From the NCBI GenBank assembly GCA_046582655.1, contig JAYGDX010000148.1, forward strand, positions 1-58,636: a DNA stretch of 58,636 nucleotides, read 5' to 3'. The translations under genes were made by a program, and so were the position numbers. Below are positions 1 to 11,668 of this stretch, piece by piece. Position 1 is the stretch's first letter, and every line of letters begins with the position of its first letter. Origin of the DNA: Candidatus Poribacteria bacterium. Lineage in GTDB: Bacteria > Poribacteria > WGA-4E > UBA9662. The notes beneath the pieces were generated by a model, which was given only the letters and a program-made list of their open reading frames with translations, was not told where the DNA came from and did not search any database.

Positions 1-2
1 AC

Positions 3-230
3 AGTACCAATATTGCGGGTACCTGGCTTAAGATTCATCACAATACTTTCCGGTGTCCCAAAACGGCGATCGTGATCCGGGGCAAACCCGAACAAGGCTG
101 TGAGATCTATAATAACTGGTTTTACCAGAAATCTCCCAACAGATCGATCAGATCAGAAGGCCACACTCAAGTTAGAAATAATATCTATGGTTTGACAAAC
201 CCCAAACTTCTAGACGGAGCCGAATATTAG
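3..230 (+). CDS. C-terminal part of a probable right-handed beta-helix repeat protein (5' end outside window)
   Basis: Manual translation of frame 3 is open from the edge to TAG at 228-230: STNIAGTWLKIHHNTF...IVIRG...CEIYNNWF...VRNNIYG, with beta-helix-like IHHN/IYNN/VRNN repeats. Confidence 0.6.
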   Translation, partial: STNIAGTWLKIHHNTFRCPKTAIVIRGKPEQGCEIYNNWFYQKSPNRSIRSEGHTQVRNNIYGLTNPKLLDGAEY

Positions 231-238
231 GGTGCAGA

Positions 239-2387
239 ATGAAAGTTGCTGTAGTTAGTAGGTAAAGATGCTCATGAATTGGAGCGTTTTGCGGCTGAAC
301 AATTGTGTGACTACTTGCAGAGGCTGTTTGACATCCATATATTGCCGACACAGGATTTACCATCCTCCACAGAAGTTCTTTTCCTCATTAGCAGTCCCGA
401 TACCAACCTGTCTATAAAGTATCTGTCTCCCAAGCTGATGGAAATAGGTAAACAAGGTATTATATGGCAAAGGCTATACCATCAGGACTTCGAGAAAGAA
501 GATCTCCCAGCTTCGTGTTCTATCCTGCTCATTGGTGGTGGAAGCCCGCAATCTGCACTTTGGGCAGTTTATGAACTGGTTGAGAAGTGGGGCGTACGCT
601 ACCTTTTGCATGGTGACGTTCTACCAGAAAAATCTCAGTTTCAACTGCCAGATACCGATTTGGTTATGGAACCTATATTACCTGTTCGCCAATGGCGGGT
701 TATTAATGATTTCGCTTGTGGGCCGGAGTCATGGGGGATGGCGGATTACCGTATCGTCATTGACCAGCTAGCCAAACTCAAGTTCAATCGGATTCTCCTG
801 TCGTTATGGCCGTGGCAGCCGTTCTTGCACTATCAGGTTAAAGGTATCCAACGCCAATCGGCTACACTGTGGTTTGGGTTTCACTATCCTATTACCGATG
901 ATATGATCGGTCGAGATCTGTTTGGTGATGAGATAGAGTTCTGGAATCCGGATCTGCCCCACGATGCCGATTATCAGACACTAGTAGCTGCAGGGATACA
1001 ATTTGTACGTGACTTGATCGACTATGCGCACAAGCGTGGAATAGAGTCTGTGGTGACGGCGACACTAACTGAATTCCCACCAGAGTTTGCCCCAATACTA
1101 AGAGAATCCCAAAAGGTACATCAATTAGCTGAGTTGACCATTGTGCCAAGTGCAGAAACTGAAATCGACGATCCGGCTCTGACCGATTTAGCAACAGCTG
1201 TTTTACAAGCGACAGTTAATACCTATCCTAGAGCAAATTACGTCGCACTGGGGATGCCGGAGTTCCGCCAGTGGGCGGATATGTATCAAAAAGCGTGGAA
1301 AGTTCTGGATGATAAGTACCAAATCTCAGCGCACGGATCGCTGGAAGATATATTGGCTTCTGCCAAAGAACGTACTGGATATGCAGGTGGCCCGGATAGA
1401 GCTGTGCAAGAAGTAAAAGGGGATATTGTGGCTCTATATTTCTACGATCGGTTGATCCATGAACTGAAAGTTCTTGAAGATACGCATCGTCCAGACATCA
1501 AGTTTATCTACAACAGTGTAGCTGAAGAATTATTTCCAATTCTGTCATGTGTCGTACCGGCTGGAGGTGAAACTTTAAACTTTGTCGATTATACTGCTTC
1601 TCGAATCGTACAACGCCGGGATGTCCTGAAAAACGTGCCCAGCTCCGATATTCCGTGCAGTCTGATCTACACGCTTCATGATGATAATGTGGGAATTCTA
1701 CCGCAATTGGCGACCGGATCTTTACATCAATTAACGAAGGATCTGCAACAGTATGGTTGGTCCGGTTTCTCAACACGGTATTGGTTGATCAGCGATCACG
1801 ATCCCTGCGTTGCATACTTGGCTCGGGCTTCATGGTCAGAAAACGTAACACCTGACACCGTTTATCGAGATCAGATTCAAGTCGTGTGCGGTACAGGTTG
1901 TGTGGAGGATATGGTAAAAGTATTTCACCTGGTAGAAATGGCAACTATCACTCTGGAAATGCACGGTTTGGGTTTGACATTTCCTGTGCCTGGTATGCTG
2001 ATGAAGCATTGGGTTTCCAATCCCATTTCAAATCAGTTGGTCAAGGTACGTCAAACGTATCAACAAGCTTTAACAACAGTGAAACATGCTAGAAAAAAAG
2101 TACAAAAGAAGGGAGAAAGGTATATCGATTACTGGATAGGTCGTTTGGAATTCGGTGTCGGCTATCTGGAGATGATATCTGCTGTCCGTCAAGCAGCAAT
2201 AGCTGAAACCAACGGAAAATCAGCTGAAGCGACTCACCACGCTAAAATAGCCTTGGAATTTGCCTGTCGTGCCTTGGCAGCTTATGCTGACGTGGCTCAG
2301 GATAGATCTGATCTTGGATCAATCGCAGTGATGAGTGAATATGTTTATCGCCCCTTAAAAGCAAAAATTTCGGAGATGGAACAGTAG
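239..2387 (+). CDS. Uncharacterised glycoside hydrolase-like protein (GH20/GH67-type N-terminal domain plus TIM-barrel-like core); apparent +1 frameshift near codon 6
   Basis: 702 aa ORF from 279 with ELERFAAEQL..YL, GGSPQSALWAVYELVEKWGVRY and IDQLAKLKFN motifs. ATG at 239 (MKVAVV) joins VGKDAHELERF only if one base near 257 is removed. Confidence 0.6.
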
Positions 2388-2476
2388 CAAAATACATCTT
2401 ATCAGAATGGATATACAAAAAGATGGCAAAGCCATTGAGACTTAAGAAACAGTTGTTTAGTACTATCCTTGTAATG

Positions 2477-3427
2477 TTAATCGCGTGTGCCGGCCTTGAT
2501 AGCTTCAACTAACGTCATTGTTTTGACCGCTTCATCCAAATTTGCAGCTGGCAGATCTATCGGCTGATCGTCTTTTATTCGATCAATGAAATAGCGGTTT
2601 TGCTCCCACGTACTGCTGGTGTTTCCCTTTTCTATTTCGTGGGTTTGCCCATCGCAGCAGATGGTTCCTTGGGAGATACCTTCAAGATAAGCGGATATGT
2701 TGTGTCCATGGATTTCATACCGTTCTAGCCGTTTGTCAGTGGTATAGTTAGCAATGAAGTGCACTAAACAGCCATTTTCAAAGTAAATCAAGGCGCCGTG
2801 GACGTCTCGATAAGATGAAATAGCACGGCGTACAATACTGTGGACTTCAGCAACATCCGAATCGGCAATGGCACGCAGAATATCAACCGAGTGTATCGGC
2901 GTTTCGAATAACATATTATCCATCACTAATTCGGGAAACCTGTTGGAGGAAGCAAAGTGGGAAATGCTTTTGTGGAATTCACCGACCAGTTGGGTGACAG
3001 CACCACGGCTTTCGATCTGCTTTCGCGCCTCGACAATCATTGGATGGAAACGCCGATCCCATCCTACCATAGCTTTGGCATCGGTACGATTAGCCACATC
3101 TCGCAAATTCTGGGTTTCAGCAACACTCATACCAGGCGGCTTCTCCAGTAATGTACTGATCCCCCGCTCTAAACATGGCAACGCAACTTGGGCATTCAAG
3201 TGCGCCGGGGAGGCGACGAATACGGCATCCAGCGATTCTGTGTCCAGCATGCTCCCCAAGTCATCATAGCAATTTTGAACACCGGCCTGATCTCTAGCCG
3301 AATTCCTTGCAGATTCGACTGGATCACACACTGCGATCAGATCAACATCCTCAAACTGTTTCAGAACTTGCATGTGACCACGGCCACGACCGCCACAACC
3401 AGCGACAGCTACTTTCAATTTGGCCAT
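2477..3427 (-). CDS. Gfo/Idh/MocA family oxidoreductase
   Basis: KVAVAGCGGRG Rossmann motif, LLEKPPG, GWDRRFHP, IHSVD. Confidence 0.92.
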   Translation of the reverse strand: MAKLKVAVAGCGGRGRGHMQVLKQFEDVDLIAVCDPVESARNSARDQAGVQNCYDDLGSMLDTESLDAVFVASPAHLNAQVALPCLERGISTLLEKPPGMSVAETQNLRDVANRTDAKAMVGWDRRFHPMIVEARKQIESRGAVTQLVGEFHKSISHFASSNRFPELVMDNMLFETPIHSVDILRAIADSDVAEVHSIVRRAISSYRDVHGALIYFENGCLVHFIANYTTDKRLERYEIHGHNISAYLEGISQGTICCDGQTHEIEKGNTSSTWEQNRYFIDRIKDDQPIDLPAANLDEAVKTMTLVEAIKAGTRD

Positions 3428-3472
3428 ACTGCTTCTCCTTGGATTCTTCTAAATCAGTTTTAAGTTTATCGT

Positions 3473-4186
3473 CTAAATGTCAGGTTCAATATTTGATTTT
3501 TGTTTGGGATAATATCCAATTGCTTTTCGGCCATGATCCAAATCATAGAGGTGCCAAGTACTATCAGATACACCGAATACGATCTCAAATTTGACGTTGG
3601 GATGAATGACAGCTTGCTCAAATAAGTGAACTGCATCAACATGACCGAGATGGTGAGGATGTTCAGGTTCCGGCCTATCTCGATTAAAATTGCCAATACG
3701 CACAGCCACAAACTCAAGCTCAGACTGACTGGTATACATGTACCCCAAGTCCTCCCCGAAAGCTTTACTGACCGAATAATAGCTCTCCGGTCGAGGCATC
3801 ATGTCGATTGTGCGGAAAACAGATTGGGGATAGGGGCTAAGCAAACCCGCCCGACTGGCATAAACAAAACGACGTACGCCATTTTGCCGAGCAGCTTCAA
3901 GCAGATTATAGGTTCCAACAAAATTCTCGGAAGGAAGTAAATCAATACCAGCAGTTTGTCGATGTTCTCCAACAGCAGCACTGCCACTATTGGCTAAATG
4001 GATTACCACATCCATACCCTGTATTGCTGCAATCACTGTATCAAAATCGGCGATGCTGCCGACAAATGTGTCCGAAACATCTGGATTGGAGTCAAGATCA
4101 AGACCCCGCAACTGGTATTTATCTTTTAATCCAGCCACCAGCGTCGATCCAACAGCACCGTTAATACCGGTAATCAGTATTTTCAT
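3473..4186 (-). CDS. NAD-dependent epimerase/dehydratase (uronate dehydrogenase-like SDR)
   Basis: ILITGINGAVG, VVIHLA, GTYNLLEAA, YYSVSK (YxxxK), VRIG. Confidence 0.88.
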   Translation of the reverse strand: MKILITGINGAVGSTLVAGLKDKYQLRGLDLDSNPDVSDTFVGSIADFDTVIAAIQGMDVVIHLANSGSAAVGEHRQTAGIDLLPSENFVGTYNLLEAARQNGVRRFVYASRAGLLSPYPQSVFRTIDMMPRPESYYSVSKAFGEDLGYMYTSQSELEFVAVRIGNFNRDRPEPEHPHHLGHVDAVHLFEQAVIHPNVKFEIVFGVSDSTWHLYDLDHGRKAIGYYPKQKSNIEPDI

Positions 4187-4207
4187 TTTTTTATCCTCAA
4201 AGTGTTC

Positions 4208-5032
4208 TTAGTTTCGTAACCCTAAATTTCGTAGTGTATCTGCCATCATACTGTAAGCGATTTCGACTTTTTCCTTTCGCATATGTGAAAAAGTTTCGAC
4301 CGAAATATACTTATTGTATCCGCTTTCTCCTAAAGTCGCAGCAAAGGTATGAAAATCAAGCTCGTCGTCCTCTTCACCCGGAATTAAGAAGGTACTGTAT
4401 GGATACATCCCTTTAACACCTTTTACGTGACAGTGTGTTGTCAATGGAGCTAATCGGGAGGTAACCTCGGTAATATCAGTGCCTAAATGATAGAAGTTAG
4501 TAATATCGTTTAAGAGCCTAAGGTTGTTTGATCCAACATGCTGGATCAACAAGGTAACCTTATCCGGTGAATCGATAGTGGTGGCTTCATGGTTGTGGAT
4601 ATTCATGGTAATATCCAAACTTTCAGCCCGTTTACAGATTGGGTTAAGAACGTCAATTAACAGTTTCCATGCAAACGGATCTCCCTTATCGCCGCCATAA
4701 CCGGTTAGAAAATTTACGCCGCCCGCTTCAAGCCCAACGGCAACATCCTGTAATTTCGCATAGTGATCAACAGCTTTTTGCTGATCTTCTAATGCCAATT
4801 GGTAGAGCCCTCCACCTCGATAAGGGTTAACGACGGAAACAGCCAGATTGTGGTTGTCAACCATTTTCTTAACTTGCTTCGCACGTTCGCCGGTGACAGT
4901 ATTTGAATCGATATGCGCGTCTGGACCACACATCATCTCTATAGCATCATAACCTGTATCAGCTAAAATCTTGATAACATCTTCTAATGGTAGATCCTGT
5001 AATCCACCGGCATGGTAGGATATGCCAATCAT
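4208..5032 (-). CDS. Sugar phosphate isomerase/epimerase (xylose isomerase-like TIM barrel)
   Basis: GYDAIE, IHNHE, HCHVKG, ISVE motifs. Confidence 0.85.
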   Translation of the reverse strand: MIGISYHAGGLQDLPLEDVIKILADTGYDAIEMMCGPDAHIDSNTVTGERAKQVKKMVDNHNLAVSVVNPYRGGGLYQLALEDQQKAVDHYAKLQDVAVGLEAGGVNFLTGYGGDKGDPFAWKLLIDVLNPICKRAESLDITMNIHNHEATTIDSPDKVTLLIQHVGSNNLRLLNDITNFYHLGTDITEVTSRLAPLTTHCHVKGVKGMYPYSTFLIPGEEDDELDFHTFAATLGESGYNKYISVETFSHMRKEKVEIAYSMMADTLRNLGLRN

Positions 5033-5209
5033 GAATTTCTCCTGATTTTGAATTGAGCCATATTGCCGAAGTTAATGATAGCGATCGAAGCATGCTATAT
5101 TTATTTTGCTTTCTTGACTGAGCGATAGTGAGTTGAAGATGATTGGTGTAAAAATAATTACAGGCTTAACACTACCTGAATTTACATTTGTTTTCAACCG
5201 AAATACAAA

Positions 5210-6208
5210 TTATTGCTCTCTTGTTTCGTAACGAATTCGGGGATCCAGCCAAATTAAAAGTAGATCCGAGATCAGCGTGCCGATTACGGTTAGCACGCTC
5301 AGCATCATGATCATACTCCCAGCCAGGTACATGTCCTGATTCATCAGCGCGCGTAAGAGAAGTGGTCCTGTGGTTGGTATACCCAGCACAACAGAGGTGA
5401 TGACTGACCCCGATACAATATGAGGTAACACCCAGCCGATGCTGCTGACGACAGGATTTAGAGCTACTCGAACCGGGTATTTTAGTAACAGGTGCACTTT
5501 CGGCACCCCCTTCGCCCTTGCTGCGGTCACGTACGGTTTCCGAAGTTCATCCAACAGATTACCCCGCATTACACGAATCAATGAAGCAGTGCCAGCTGTC
5601 CCTAGTACAATAACGGGAATCCACAAGTGCCCAAGCAAATCCAGCAATTTCCCCAGTGACCACGGTGCGTTCTGATAAGGCGGTGAAAAAAGCCCCCCGA
5701 CACTTAGGCCAAAGACGGTGTCAGCAACATACATTAAGACCAACGCGAATAAAAAATTGGGGATTGCTAATCCAATAAAGCCTAGAAATGTGAAGGTATA
5801 GTCACCCCAGGAGTATTGATTTACTGCCGAGTAGATTCCAATTGGGATAGCTGTTGCGTAGACAAACAGTAGGGTCGCAATTGAGATGGTAACTGTCAGC
5901 AACAGCCGCTGAAAAATCAGTTCTTTGACCGGCTTGTTCCATTCGAAAGACATTCCAAAATTCCCCTTCAGCAATCCTTTCATCCAACGAATATACTGGA
6001 CATAAATCGGCTCGTCTAGATTGTAACGCTTTCGAAGTGCTTCTACCAGATCTGCATCGACGGTTTCGCCCGTCTCTCCAAGGGCAGAAATATAAGCAGT
6101 AAGATAATCTCCAGGTGGTAGCTGAATGATGACAAAGGAGATGATTGAAATTGCCAACAAGGTGGGAATCATCCACAATACACGTTTGACGATCAGGCTG
6201 AACATCAA
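5210..6208 (-). CDS. ABC transporter permease (DppB/OppB family)
   Basis: IQLPPGDY, LDEPIYVQYIRW, EAA loop YVTAARAKG, QDMYLAG. Confidence 0.93.
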   Translation of the reverse strand: MMFSLIVKRVLWMIPTLLAISIISFVIIQLPPGDYLTAYISALGETGETVDADLVEALRKRYNLDEPIYVQYIRWMKGLLKGNFGMSFEWNKPVKELIFQRLLLTVTISIATLLFVYATAIPIGIYSAVNQYSWGDYTFTFLGFIGLAIPNFLFALVLMYVADTVFGLSVGGLFSPPYQNAPWSLGKLLDLLGHLWIPVIVLGTAGTASLIRVMRGNLLDELRKPYVTAARAKGVPKVHLLLKYPVRVALNPVVSSIGWVLPHIVSGSVITSVVLGIPTTGPLLLRALMNQDMYLAGSMIMMLSVLTVIGTLISDLLLIWLDPRIRYETREQ

Positions 6209-8322
6209 TTAGTCCCCCTGTCATCTTCAAATGTAAGTCGGTCAATAGCATAGCATTCTGGCGCGGTACTGCCCGGCGTTCGAAAGATCCATCCTGAAAC
6301 CGCCACTTGTGGCACATTACGAAACGTATCCTTGACCACAAAGAGCGATGGCACTCTGCCGATTGTACCAATGACCCATAGGTTTTGCTGATTTAACTCG
6401 ATGATTTGCTGAAAAAGTCGTATCTGTTCCGTAGGATCGGGTATGCGTTCGATTTGCTGGTACAACTCCATACACCTCATCATCTCCTCTGGTGGAACAA
6501 TCCCTTGCTTGCCGTTTGATAGAAACCATCTGGCATACCCAATGCCTTGAATTGACTCCTGACTAAAGGGAAAAAACCAGCGTGGATCCATGACCGGAAT
6601 CAGTTCATCCGCAGATCCCCAAACGCCGACATCGTGCATCAAAGCGGACTTTCGGGTATAGAACAGTTGTCTTGCTTCTAACTTGAGCTGTGTTTTGACC
6701 CCCACGTCCGTCCACTGTTTGGCGATCAGTTCAAACATCGGAGTGCTCAAAAAAACCGAAGCAATTTCAATGCGGATGTGGAGCGGTTTGCCATCTGGCC
6801 TTAAACGAATTCCTGCTTTGTTCCTCTCTTTTAGGCCCATTTCATCCAGTAACCGATTGGCTTTTTCTGGGTTGTGTTCAATATACGCTTGCTCGTAGGC
6901 TTTAGAGTAGAAGGGAGAGATAGCAGGCGGTGAAATTTGGCACGGTTGACCGATACCAAAAAAGGCGATTTCGTTCAACTGCTGACGGTCTATAGCGTGT
7001 GATAAGGCAATCCTAAAACGTCGATCGGCAAATATTTTCCGCAGAATAGGATCTTTATGGTTCAAGTTGAGTGAGAGTGAAGAACCGCCACCACTACTAA
7101 TCCATAACCGAACACTGTAACCTCTATTCCTGCTGTTTGTTTTGAATTTGGGGAAATTATCAAATTGGAGATGTCGTCCCTGCATCCCAATCTCGCCATT
7201 CATAGCTTTCATGTTAATGATTTCGGTATTGTAGATCTCAAACGTCATCCGGTCGATATACGGCAGTTGGTTTCCATCTCCATCGACTTTCCAATAATAC
7301 GGATTACGCTCAAAAACAATCAATTGGGCGGGTGGTGGTACCTTGATAATCCAAGGCCAAAGTCTGGGAACTTCGGTGTTTTGCCAACTAGCTTGGTCTT
7401 CAAAAAGCTGGTACCAGAAATCGAACGATTTCTTTTTGGTCATTTCCACCAGTTGTCCCTTAGGTATAAAATCCGGGTGAAATCTTTTTAAGTAGTGGCC
7501 TGGATATTCGACCATCGGGTAACTTCGACCTGAGGCAAGCGCTTTGAGAAAGAGACCATAAGGGCTGACGAAGCGGAATTGCACCACATGGTTATCAACC
7601 TTCTCAACTTCCATTGGTACGCCATCACGTTGATATTCGCGTGGGATAGTCGGAGTTAGTTCGGGATTTTTGACCACATGGTTGTACCAAAACAGGATAT
7701 CATCGACAGTGAATGGCATACCGTCTGACCAGCGGATGCCCTCTCTCAGCCAAAACGTATAGGTCCTTCCTTCATCGGTGATTTCCCATTTAACTGCTAG
7801 ATTGGGGAAAATCTGCTGCGCCATTGGTCCCCAGCGGACTAATCCGTCGTAGGCCAACCGAGCACGAAAAATCCCAATATCCGGTGCGCTGGTTCCATAA
7901 CGCTGCCAAGTGCCACCGTATGGACCATTTTGATCAGGCGGATGAATCACCAAAGGATTTTTCGGCAGTCGATACACCACGGGTGGTAATTCAGTTCCTT
8001 CCAGCATCGGTGATTGGTTAAAGATAGGAGCTTTCGTCCATTCACCAACTGTGTGTACTCCTCCCTCCATCCGGCAGAATTCATCTTTGGTCACCGGACG
8101 AAAAGCATCGCCTAGCGACGAGGTGGGCATACTAGATGCCTTTATGTTGGCGCCGAACGTGGTTTCCAGATGCCGGATATCTTGTTTCTGTCCCCATTTG
8201 CCTAAAGACCAAGTCAGTTGTGCTAGGAGAATGACAAGTAAGACCAACCCAGCCAAGATAACACCTAGTCTTAAAAGAAGGTTAGACGAGGTTTTGAAAA
8301 TCGGTTTTTGGTTGAGGCTCAT
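6205..8322 (-). CDS. ABC transporter substrate-binding protein, family 5 (oligosaccharide-binding subtype likely)
   Basis: LPPVVYRLPKNP, GPYGG, LREGIRWSDGMPFTVDDI, ERNPYYWKVD.GNQLPYID; N-terminal transmembrane anchor. Confidence 0.92.
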   Translation of the reverse strand: MSLNQKPIFKTSSNLLLRLGVILAGLVLLVILLAQLTWSLGKWGQKQDIRHLETTFGANIKASSMPTSSLGDAFRPVTKDEFCRMEGGVHTVGEWTKAPIFNQSPMLEGTELPPVVYRLPKNPLVIHPPDQNGPYGGTWQRYGTSAPDIGIFRARLAYDGLVRWGPMAQQIFPNLAVKWEITDEGRTYTFWLREGIRWSDGMPFTVDDILFWYNHVVKNPELTPTIPREYQRDGVPMEVEKVDNHVVQFRFVSPYGLFLKALASGRSYPMVEYPGHYLKRFHPDFIPKGQLVEMTKKKSFDFWYQLFEDQASWQNTEVPRLWPWIIKVPPPAQLIVFERNPYYWKVDGDGNQLPYIDRMTFEIYNTEIINMKAMNGEIGMQGRHLQFDNFPKFKTNSRNRGYSVRLWISSGGGSSLSLNLNHKDPILRKIFADRRFRIALSHAIDRQQLNEIAFFGIGQPCQISPPAISPFYSKAYEQAYIEHNPEKANRLLDEMGLKERNKAGIRLRPDGKPLHIRIEIASVFLSTPMFELIAKQWTDVGVKTQLKLEARQLFYTRKSALMHDVGVWGSADELIPVMDPRWFFPFSQESIQGIGYARWFLSNGKQGIVPPEEMMRCMELYQQIERIPDPTEQIRLFQQIIELNQQNLWVIGTIGRVPSLFVVKDTFRNVPQVAVSGWIFRTPGSTAPECYAIDRLTFEDDRGTN

Positions 8323-8344
8323 TCTCTATTACCTTTGTGTTGGT

Positions 8345-9328
8345 TCATTCCGCCAAATGACAGCGTGTTAGATGCCCTGTAGCAATTTCTCGAAATTCGG
8401 GAACCTCTGTCTTGCATCTGTCCTCCGTATATGGACATCTGGGGTGGAAGACGCAACCAGAGGGTAAGTTTGCCGGGTCAGCTACCTCGCCAGAAAGAAG
8501 TACGCGTTTCAAGTTCCTCCTTGGTTGAGGGATCGGAACCGCTGCCAACAGTGCTTCGGTATATGGGTGCCTCGGTTGACGGAACAATTCATCGGCAGTA
8601 CCAAGTTCGACCAGCCGTCCTGCGTACATGACAGCAATACGATCAGAAATATGGTGAACAACACTAAGATCATGAGCAATGAACAAGTAAGTCAGTTGGA
8701 AGGTTTTCTGCAACTCCTGCAACAGATTTAACACCTGTGCTTGCACCGAGACATCAAGGGCAGACACCGGTTCATCAGCTACAATCAATTTCGGGTGCAA
8801 CGCCAAAGCCCGCGCAATACCAATTCTCTGTCGTTGACCACCACTAAAGGCGTGCGGATATCGACGCATATGTTCCGGTTTCAAACCAACTTGGGTGAGC
8901 AATCCTCGTACATGCTGTTCTCGTTTTGACCGATCCGACACACCGTTAACCAGCAATGGTTCGCCTATAATATCAGACACGGTCATACGTGGGTTCAACG
9001 AAGAGTAGGGATCTTGGAAGATCATTTGCATGTGTCGCCGTAGCGGCCTCAGCGTTTTCTCTGTCGCTGTAGCCAGATCATATGACTGACCATCCAAACG
9101 AAATAAGATTTGGCCAGCGGTGGGCGATAACGCCCGCAACATCGCTCGTCCGACGGTCGTTTTGCCAGATCCGCTCTCACCGACCAATCCCAGACATTCG
9201 CCGTGATGCAAATCAAAACTAATCCCATCAACAGCACGAATCTGCCCAATCACCTGATTGAAGAATCCCTGTTTGACCGGAAAGTACTTCTTCAGATTTC
9301 TAACCTGTAAAAGAGGTTCTTTGTTCAC
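8345..9328 (-). CDS. ABC transporter ATP-binding protein (DppF/OppF)
   Basis: [21 protein letters not shown]-terminal oligo_HPY region; GTG start overlaps the upstream TGA. Confidence 0.93.
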   Translation of the reverse strand: MNKEPLLQVRNLKKYFPVKQGFFNQVIGQIRAVDGISFDLHHGECLGLVGESGSGKTTVGRAMLRALSPTAGQILFRLDGQSYDLATATEKTLRPLRRHMQMIFQDPYSSLNPRMTVSDIIGEPLLVNGVSDRSKREQHVRGLLTQVGLKPEHMRRYPHAFSGGQRQRIGIARALALHPKLIVADEPVSALDVSVQAQVLNLLQELQKTFQLTYLFIAHDLSVVHHISDRIAVMYAGRLVELGTADELFRQPRHPYTEALLAAVPIPQPRRNLKRVLLSGEVADPANLPSGCVFHPRCPYTEDRCKTEVPEFREIATGHLTRCHLAE

Positions 9329-10335
9329 TGTATTTTGCCTTTCTCTCGAATGAAGCAAGCTACATGCTGATTGGCTCTAAGTTGAGATAGCATGGGTGGG
9401 TCTCCTTGATTACAATGCCCATCTGAAAACTCTTCACAACGCGGATGAAACGGACAGCCGGTTATCTGCTCAAATGGGTTTGGAACAGATCCTGCAATGA
9501 CCTTGAGTTCCGCCTTTGGTTGTTTGCCACGACCTGGGACAGATTCGAGCAAAGCCTGAGTATATGGATGTTGAGGATTGGTAAACAGGTCAGTCATTTC
9601 AGCCTGCTCAACAATCCTCCCCATGTACATGACTGCCACTTGATCTGCCATTTCGGCAACGACACCAAGATCATGTGTAATTAGCAGAATCGACATTTCA
9701 AACTCGGCCTGTAAGTCACGCATAAGTTGCAGAATTTGGGCTTGGATGGTCACATCAAGCGCGGTTGTTGGTTCGTCTGCGATCAGCAGCTTAGGTCGAC
9801 AGGCTAAGGCCATTGCGATTACCGCCCGTTGGCGCAAGCCTCCACTCATTTGGTGTGGGTATTGATTGAAGCGTTCGACCGGATTCGGGATGCCAACTCG
9901 TTGCATCATGTCAATTACCTGCGATCGTGCTTCCGCTTTTCCAAGGTTCATATGGAGTGTTAGGGCTTCCATGATCTGATTACCGACGGTGTGCACCGGA
10001 CTCAGTGAGGTCATCGGTTCTTGAAATATCATGGCAATTTCACTCCCACGGATTGCTCTAATCCTCTTGTCTTCTTCTTTGAGATCTGTTAGCACAACAT
10101 AATCTGAGTTTGATCGATGAAGCACAATTTCACCAGATACAATCCGGCCCGGTGAGGCAATCAACCGCAGCACTGAGAAGGCTGTCACGCTTTTGCCGCA
10201 TCCGCTTTCGCCGACGATGGACATCGTCTCACCGAGAGGAATCTCCAGATTGACTCCATTTACAGCCCGAACAATACCTTCATCCAAGAAAAAATGCGTC
10301 CGCAAATTCTGGATGGATAACAACGTATTTTTCAT
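9325..10335 (-). CDS. ABC transporter ATP-binding protein (DppD/OppD)
   Basis: [37 protein letters not shown]. Confidence 0.94.
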   Translation of the reverse strand: MKNTLLSIQNLRTHFFLDEGIVRAVNGVNLEIPLGETMSIVGESGCGKSVTAFSVLRLIASPGRIVSGEIVLHRSNSDYVVLTDLKEEDKRIRAIRGSEIAMIFQEPMTSLSPVHTVGNQIMEALTLHMNLGKAEARSQVIDMMQRVGIPNPVERFNQYPHQMSGGLRQRAVIAMALACRPKLLIADEPTTALDVTIQAQILQLMRDLQAEFEMSILLITHDLGVVAEMADQVAVMYMGRIVEQAEMTDLFTNPQHPYTQALLESVPGRGKQPKAELKVIAGSVPNPFEQITGCPFHPRCEEFSDGHCNQGDPPMLSQLRANQHVACFIREKGKIQ

Positions 10336-10342
10336 AAGATGC

Positions 10343-11503
10343 CTAACGTTCGTAAGGATCAGCTGCGTCTCTTAATCCGTCTCCCATAAAGTTGAATACC
10401 AGTACAGTTAAGATCACGAAGACTGCAGGACTCAACAACCACGGGTAAAAGGCGACAGTTTGAATGTTCTGCGCTTCTTTCAGGAGAACCCCCCAACTGG
10501 TAATGGGCGGACGCAGACCAAGACCAAGGAAACTTAGCGAGGTCTCACCAATAATCATGCCGGGTATGGCCAAAGTGAGACTAACGATAATATGACTCAT
10601 AAAAGATGGAAGTAGATGACGCCACATAATTCGGGTTTGGCTGGCACCAACCAGAAGGGCCGCGGTAGCAAAGTCTTCCTCTCTCAGTGACAAGATTTTA
10701 CCTCTAACCTGACGCGCTAGACCAGTCCAACCAATGATTGATAGGACAACGGTAATACCAAGGTAGATCTGTAGGGACGTCCAAGAAGACGGAAGTGCAG
10801 CAGAAAGTGCCAGCCATAGAGGAATCTGGGGAAAAGACCTGAGAATTTCGATCATACGCTGGATCAGGTTATCAACCCAACCACCGGAGTATCCAGAGAT
10901 GGCACCAATTGATAAACCCAGAATGAAACTCAGACTTACTCCAAGCAGACCAATGGTGAGTGAGACACGTGAACCGTAAATGATCCGTGAGAGCAGGTCT
11001 CGTCCCATGGAATCCGTGCCCAGCAGAAACAAAGTACCACCTGAATCAACACCAATGAGGTGCCGATCCATTTTGAACAACCCCCAGAATCTGTAGGTTT
11101 GACCTTTAGCCAACAGGCGGATCGGGTATTTCTGTGTCGGATCCTCTTGGTAAGATTTTTGAAGTGTTTCTGGATCACGCTGTCCTTTCAAACCGTATAC
11201 AAAGGGCCAGAAATCAAGCCCATCTTCAGAGGAAAAATGAAGGCGCTGCGGCGGTGCATAGGTGTAAGAAGTATCTTGGAACGACAACGAATAAGGAGCC
11301 AAAAACTCGCAGAAAATTGCTGTCAGATAAAGCACGAGGAGAATCGTCGCAGACCAGACAGCAACGCGGTGCTTGCGAAACTTCCACCACATTAACTGCC
11401 ACTGTGAGGCCGTGTAGGTACCAGTATTGTCTTTGCCTCTATTGGAATCTGGAATTACTGGTGAAAGGGTAGAGGGTATTTCTGTTTGGATTTGATCCTG
11501 CAC
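10343..11503 (-). CDS. ABC transporter permease (DppC/OppC family)
   Basis: LLGTDSMGRDLLSRIIYG, LSFLGLGLRPPITSWG, GDGLRDAADPY. Confidence 0.93.
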   Translation of the reverse strand: MQDQIQTEIPSTLSPVIPDSNRGKDNTGTYTASQWQLMWWKFRKHRVAVWSATILLVLYLTAIFCEFLAPYSLSFQDTSYTYAPPQRLHFSSEDGLDFWPFVYGLKGQRDPETLQKSYQEDPTQKYPIRLLAKGQTYRFWGLFKMDRHLIGVDSGGTLFLLGTDSMGRDLLSRIIYGSRVSLTIGLLGVSLSFILGLSIGAISGYSGGWVDNLIQRMIEILRSFPQIPLWLALSAALPSSWTSLQIYLGITVVLSIIGWTGLARQVRGKILSLREEDFATAALLVGASQTRIMWRHLLPSFMSHIIVSLTLAIPGMIIGETSLSFLGLGLRPPITSWGVLLKEAQNIQTVAFYPWLLSPAVFVILTVLVFNFMGDGLRDAADPYER

Positions 11504-11616
11504 TGTGTGTTATTGCTGATTGACCTAACGGAAGATTTAAATCGATTTCTACTCTTAAATTTTGATATGCTGCTGAGGGAACCAACAACCTATGGTTAAA
11601 ATAGCCCCGTTCAATC

Positions 11617-11646
11617 AGCATATCAACCAGTGTTAACCACTGTCAA
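11617..11646 (-). promoter_or_regulatory. Putative sigma-70 promoter of the ABC operon, with an inverted repeat in the spacer
   Basis: Minus strand TTGACA-N18-TATGCT with TG extension; CAGTG-N5-CACTG inverted repeat overlaps the spacer and -35 box. Confidence 0.55.
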
Positions 11647-11668
11647 GACCAATTTTACCAGTTTGTTA

